From the human T2T-CHM13v2.0 reference genome, Homo sapiens, in assembly GCF_009914755.1 (NCBI RefSeq), contig NC_060933.1: 64,000 nucleotides of DNA; one strand, written 5' to 3'. Shown here piece by piece: positions 58,256-64,000 of this stretch; position 1 is the first letter of the stretch, and every line of letters begins with the position of its first letter. The translations under genes were made by a program, and so were the position numbers. The notes beneath the pieces were generated by a model, which saw nothing but the letters and a program-made list of their open reading frames with translations, was not told the origin of the DNA and did not search any database.

Positions 58256-58603
58256 TTACAACTTTTACAAAGGCATAAAACTTCATAAGAAAATACCTTC
58301 TTTGGAGGCAACCTCTGCAAAAGACAATGTGGCTTTGAGGGAACAGGGCATGGTACTGCTGAGACCCAGCAGCGGTGCCAGTGGCCAGGCTCCTGCAAGC
58401 CCATCTGTACCCCGATCCCAGCTCTGCCAGCCCGGGGCTCTGCTCTGGGCTCCCCACCAGGGCTGCAAATTGATAAAGCAGCTCTACACATATGAAAATA
58501 TCTAAGAAACATAAATGATTCTCTAACTTGTATATTATGAATAATTATCCCAAAAGAGCATTTCCTCTTATGTGTGACAGGTGTCAGACCATCAATATAG
58601 GAG

Positions 58604-59102
58604 TGTATTAGGGTTCTCTAAAGAAAGGGACCCAATAGAGGAGATATAGATGTATATCGGGTCCCAGAGATAAATACACAAATATTTGTATGTGTACATA
58701 TGTATATATACAGGAATCAGTTCACGGGATTCTGGAGGCTGCGAAGTTCCATAATCTGCCAACTGAAAGCTGGAAAATCAGGAAAGCCCACAGTGCAATT
58801 AAATCTGAGTCCAAAGGCCTGAGAATTAGAGCACTGCTGTCAGAGGGCAGGAGAAGAGAGATGTCCCAGGCCAAATACCAACAAGGGATTCCCCTTTCTC
58901 CGCCTTTTTGTTCTACTTGGGCCCTCAGTGGTTCAGATGATATCTGCCCACATTCGTGAGGGTGATCTTCTTTACCGAGTCCACCAATTCAAATGCTCAT
59001 CTCTTCCAAATCACACTCACAGACACACCCAGAAAGAGTGTTTGGCCAGCTGTCTGGGCATTCCGTAGCCCAGTCAGGTTAACAGATAAAAGTCACCATT
59101 AT
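58604..59102 (-). mobile_element. MLT2 LTR
   Basis: tgtattagggttctc...ccaatag...acacactcacagacacacccagaaa...gcccagtcaggttaaca. Confidence 0.8.
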
Positions 59103-59264
59103 GAGGGGAAAGAGCAAGTGGGGACGTATGGACTATGCACCCTCACCTTCCCAAAGTGGGGACTATCAAAAGTAGATTGAGTTAATCATGCATAATGCAA
59201 AACGTAAATCAAGGCTCTGCTTGTTTCATGATAGTATGAAAGATAGTATAAAAGTTACAGTTTT

Positions 59265-59569
<305 letters not shown>

Positions 59570-60226
59570 GTTACAGTTTTTAAAGATAAAACAAACACAA
59601 AGTAAACAACAAACAAACAAAGCTCAGAGGTTGGAAAGTTTTGTATGAACCAGAATTAGTAGAACTTGTCCTAAACGTGAACTCCGGACCTCCTCATAAG
59701 TAACTTAGTCACGCAACAACTGTGCTGAAGATGAACAAGCATAAATGTTGAGAATTGTTTGGTTTTCAAATGCAGAATCAAATTAGCTGTAAAGTCATTT
59801 CATTATGTAAGCTACGCTGCGTCTCTCCCTATGGTAGTGTATATATGATATTATGGTAAAAGGAAATGCAATAGAGCAGCCTTAAAACCCTTGATTGAAT
59901 CCAACAAGTCTGGGACAATTACCTCATTCCTCAAATATTTTATTTAATGTCCTGGTGGTATTCACACTCTCATCCCCTAATGTAATTCTGTTTTATAATC
60001 AGTATTATCAATGATAAATTGGTATCTTTAATCATAATGAGAATTGTAGGCAAATCTTCTCCCTGCTTCAATAAGAAATCTAATTTTTCTTTTAGAAAAG
60101 AAAGGATGTTTTCCTCTAGTGATACATATAACTACACTTCTTATTAAATAATTTCAGCTCTCTTGTGTTTTCTAAAGCTTTCATTTTGCAGTTCAATAGT
60201 ACTTAAGGTAGGATTGAGTCCCACAT

Positions 60227-60645
60227 CTGTTTTAGCATGCTGGTGCCGCCAAAGTACCACAAACTGGAGGCCCCAGACAACAAAAATGTATTAACTCACA
60301 AGTTCTAGAGCCAGAAGTCCAAAATCAAGGCTTTGGCAGTGCTGGCTTCTTCCTGGAGGTTCGGAGGGTGGCTCTGTTCCCTGCCTCTCTCCTGGTGCTT
60401 CCCAGCAATCCTTGGCCTACAGCTGCACTAGTGCAGTCTCTGAGCTGTGGTCCATCATGCTTTTCCCTTTGTATCTCTGTGTCTCTTCCTATGAAGACAG
60501 GAGTGATTGCAGGAGGGCCCACACTGATCCAGGATGAGCTCATCTTAACTTGATTTTTCTGGCAAAAACCCTATTTCTCAATAAGGTCCCAAGCTGAGCT
60601 TCCAGCTGAACAGGAGCTTTGGAGGGACACTATTCAACCCACATG
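60227..60645 (-). mobile_element. MaLR LTR (MLT1)
   Basis: aaagtaccacaaactgg...gttctagagccagaagtccaaaatcaagg...gacactattcaacccaca. Confidence 0.8.
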
Positions 60646-61223
60646 ACCTCCCTCTTCTGAAACCAATTTCTAAATAACCTTTCTTGTTATATTTTCCATT
60701 GATTTCTGGTTTCTTGCTTCAGTCCATCAGTGTGGTGGTGGATGAACAGCAGTGGCCGAACAGTTTCCATGATCCTGTTAGCACTTGTTCTTGTTACACT
60801 CCTTGTCCCTTTCTCTTTCATGGCCTTTGTCACTGTTCAACAGTCAGAGGACTGATGCTAGGTGGACCACCAATACAGCCTGTCCACCAAACCTCAGTGG
60901 TCCATCCAGATGAGCAGGGGCGAACTAGAACCCTTACCTGGGACTTAATCTTAGAATTACACAGAAAAGCCTTTTTTCTCTCATCAAAAAGCCTCAACAC
61001 TTCAGCTGCTATGGCATCAGCCTTATGAAGAAGCTGACCTGGGAGAATAAAGCCAGCACAAGAGAGAATCATAAATGAAAGATAAGAGAGTCCCAACAGC
61101 ACCCATGTTCCTAACTTCACACATTAAAGCCAGTTTCAAGTGACCTAAGATCAATCCACTTTTTTTCTTAGTATTTGCTAATTGCAACCAAAGAATTCTG
61201 ACTAAAATAGACATCGGAGGTGT

Positions 61224-61640
61224 TGTGTTATGTTTTCCCAGAGTTGCCACAACATATTATCATAAACTAGGTGGCATGTAAACAGAAATTTATTGGCTCA
61301 CAATTCCAGAAGATCAAAGCCTGAAGTCAGGTGACAGCAGGGCCATGCTCCCCCTGAAGGCTCCAGCGGGGAATCCTTCCTGCGTCTTCCTGGCTTCAGG
61401 TGGTTGCCAGCAATTCTCGGCTCACAGCTGCATCACTCCAATCTCTCCCTTCATCACTGCATGGCCTTCCACCCTCTCCGTGTCTCTCTGTCTTTCTGTG
61501 TCTCCAAATCTCCCTCTCCTTGTAAGGACACCAATCATTTCATTTGGGGCCCACCCTAATCCGATATGACTTCATCTTAACTTCATTACATCTACAAAGA
61601 CCCTATTTCCAAATAAAGACACAATTCCAGGTTTTGTGTC
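61224..61640 (-). mobile_element. MaLR LTR (MLT1)
   Basis: acagaaatttattggctcacaattcc...caaagaccctatttccaaataa. Confidence 0.8.
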
Positions 61641-62155
61641 TACTACATTTACAAGTGACGAACACTAAAATTTGATCTTGGCTGATTCAAGGTGTGACAG
61701 AGAACCTTGAATAGGCTCAAGGAGGCAAAACTACTTTGCTGCTTAGTGCACTGTGCATTAAGTTCTTCCCTTTTGTCTCTTGGGAGTCAATCCCCATGCA
61801 TTCTGAAATGATTTAGGGGACCTTGCAGAAATCAGTGTAGTCAATTGTGTCAACTACTTCCTAAGAAATTCAGTAAGATGCAGTGGAAGCTCTAGAGAGA
61901 AGCCACAGGCTCAGCCAACCTGCCTAGACACAGAAATGGAACAGGTGAGCAAACATGCATGGGGAGTAGCATTTAGCCCATGTCCAAATAGCTAACACCA
62001 TTTAAGGACAATCGTGCAGTGACCAGGAATGAGGACACTCAGGAAGCAGCAGAGTGGACTCCCTTGGGCAAAGGGCAAGGCAGCTGCTGCTGTCAAGGGG
62101 CAGAAAAATCCCAGGCCGATCCAGACTTAAGATGTGGTTTGTATACTCTCCTTGC

Positions 62156-62550
62156 TGTGGGAGATTGGATTATGGTCTATCAAAGATTCACTCTATTCTC
62201 TTTAACCTCCATGACAGAAGCATACTTCTCTCCCCATTGATGTTGGCCAATGAGCATTAACAGACTTCACCCAAGCAGGGGCTTGAAATGCTCATGAAAT
62301 GCCTGTCCCTTGTGCTTCTGCCATTGCCCCAAGGAGAGCACATGCTAAGCAGCACGGCACGGGAACAGCTACATGAAGCTGACTTGAAACCCACCTGCAG
62401 CCTGGAGCCAAGCCAAGCCCTGACTTAATCAGCTTAACTCCAAGCAACCTGCTGATGTGCGAGCAAGAAATCAATGGTTGTTGCCATAAGCCATTGAGTT
62501 TGGGGGTGGTTTGTTATGCAGCATATTTGTGAGAATAGCTAACTAATAGA
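62156..62550 (+). mobile_element. MaLR LTR (older MLT1 subfamily)
   Basis: Ends aagccattgagtttgggggtggtttgttatgcagcata...gctaactaata. Confidence 0.7.
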
Positions 62551-62879
62551 ATAGCTAATAGAGCTCTGTTCTCGAGATAAAATGGATAGACAACTGATTA
62601 GAGCTTTAGAAATTGTATCGTTTTCCAATCCTGGCAAACAGGAATTCAAACCTTATTGTAATTATATTTGCTGAGCCAGAAACATTTCTCTGCCAAAAAA
62701 ATAAGTTTAAAAATGAATATTCTTAGCGATCCCTGGCCCAAATAAAGCATGATACACATGCTGAGCTAAGTTGCATGTTCTTTATACATTGCTAAATAAG
62801 AATTTTCATTATCCTGTTTTTCCTCTACTGTTTCATTTCAGATGGTTGGGTAGCTAAATTTGATATGTGGCAGGATCCC

Positions 62880-63375
62880 ATGAAGCTATTCATCCAGAAC
62901 TGACCCAGAAAACAAACCTTGGCCACAGTTCTGAGCTCAGAGTTAGACCCAAAGCTGCCTTGCTTTGACATTCATCCTTCCTCATCCTCAGCCTGCCTGT
63001 TCCCTGGAGGGTGCTCCTGCGTGCCCTCCTTACGTGGTGCTTGTGTGCCCACCTGCACCCCAGAAGGAGCTCCCAGCTGGCCTGTTGCAGCCCCATGTCA
63101 CCTCCTACCAGCTTCTGCCCGGGGCAACCCAGAGAACCTCCTCTCAAGCTGGTGAGCTGCAACCACACCTCCAATGAGTCAGAGGCCCAGTCTTGGGGAG
63201 TGGGGCCCCTTTTCAAGTTTGTTTCTTCCTTGGGGACTCTCCCAGAGCCCAAATATTTTCTTCAGGTACCCCTTTATTGTTAACCCCATATAACATTTAA
63301 TATTATTTATATTGATTTTCCTTTCCAAATTACTATGTGGTTTCTGTTTCCTCATTGGATGTTGATTGATTCAAT
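62880..63375 (+). mobile_element. Ancient ERVL LTR (LTR33-like) remnant
   Basis: 3' terminus ttcctttccaaattactatgtggtttctgtttcctcattgga; GC-rich interior. Confidence 0.45.
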
Positions 63376-64000
63376 TGCAGAAACTGATACAAGTTTTTCC
63401 TAAATAAACATTAATTTTATTAGTGACAGTTACTATTCTCTGGAAACCTAAATGACTTAGTTTTCTTTATTAAAATGTTTTGTTTAACAGCCTAAGCTAG
63501 GTAATTTCAAGCTTATTAATTTTCACTACATTTTATTTCAAATACACACTGGTGTATGCAATCTCTCCATCTCAGACTCTATTTAGCTCTCCCAAGCTCC
63601 ACCGGCCTCACTGTCTCCCTCTGTTTCTAAAGTGGCTAACCCACAGCACAATGTACACAGAGTTTGCGAACACCCTAACCATACTGATCTGAGGAGTAAA
63701 AGAAAGGAACTAACAAAATTTTTTTGATTTCTATATTGTTGTTTAATTTCTATAACAACTCTACATAATAAAGTTATATTGTGAAAAAAGCTTCAGATTA
63801 ATTTGCTCAGAATCATGTGATCATAAGCAAACCTCTATCCTTCAAAACATTTTTTCCACTGTCATGCAACTTTTTCATTAATATTATTTTTAATTGAAAA
63901 ATCATCATTGTACACATGTATTGGGTACAAAGTGAAGTTCTGATATATGTACATGATGTGGAATGTTAAATCAAGTCAATTTACGTATTCATAATGTCAC

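Noticed and set aside
62890-63283. Cluster of GC-rich ORFs on both strands
   Set aside because: Lies within an LTR-like remnant; ORFs in several frames indicate base composition rather than coding.

Overview
Human genomic DNA, judged from near-consensus AluYb8 and AluYa5 insertions; I could not identify the locus. The window is repeat-dominated and contains no convincing protein-coding gene; most listed ORFs are Alu-, L1- or LTR-derived or short noise. The first ~4.3 kb is largely unique sequence. It has a minus-strand TATA/GC-box promoter candidate and a run of strong minus-strand splice sites, suggesting a spliced, probably non-coding transcript. Its putative last exon is bracketed by a nested, non-Alu inverted repeat (551-591 / 1921-1961). 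About 1 kb upstream and pointing the other way is an internally deleted HERV9/LTR12 provirus (5136-7154, TSD CTCT) with six CCAAT boxes, an Arg PBS, a splice donor and a poly(A) signal intact only in the 3' LTR. The rest holds more than 25 Alus, two large old minus-strand L1s, two 5'-inverted L1 insertions (one young, with an estimated ~4 kb internal gap), many MLT/ERV LTRs, DNA-transposon MITEs, microsatellites and a perfect 19-bp hairpin with a template-switch signature. Subfamily calls are from recalled consensus sequences, not a database search.
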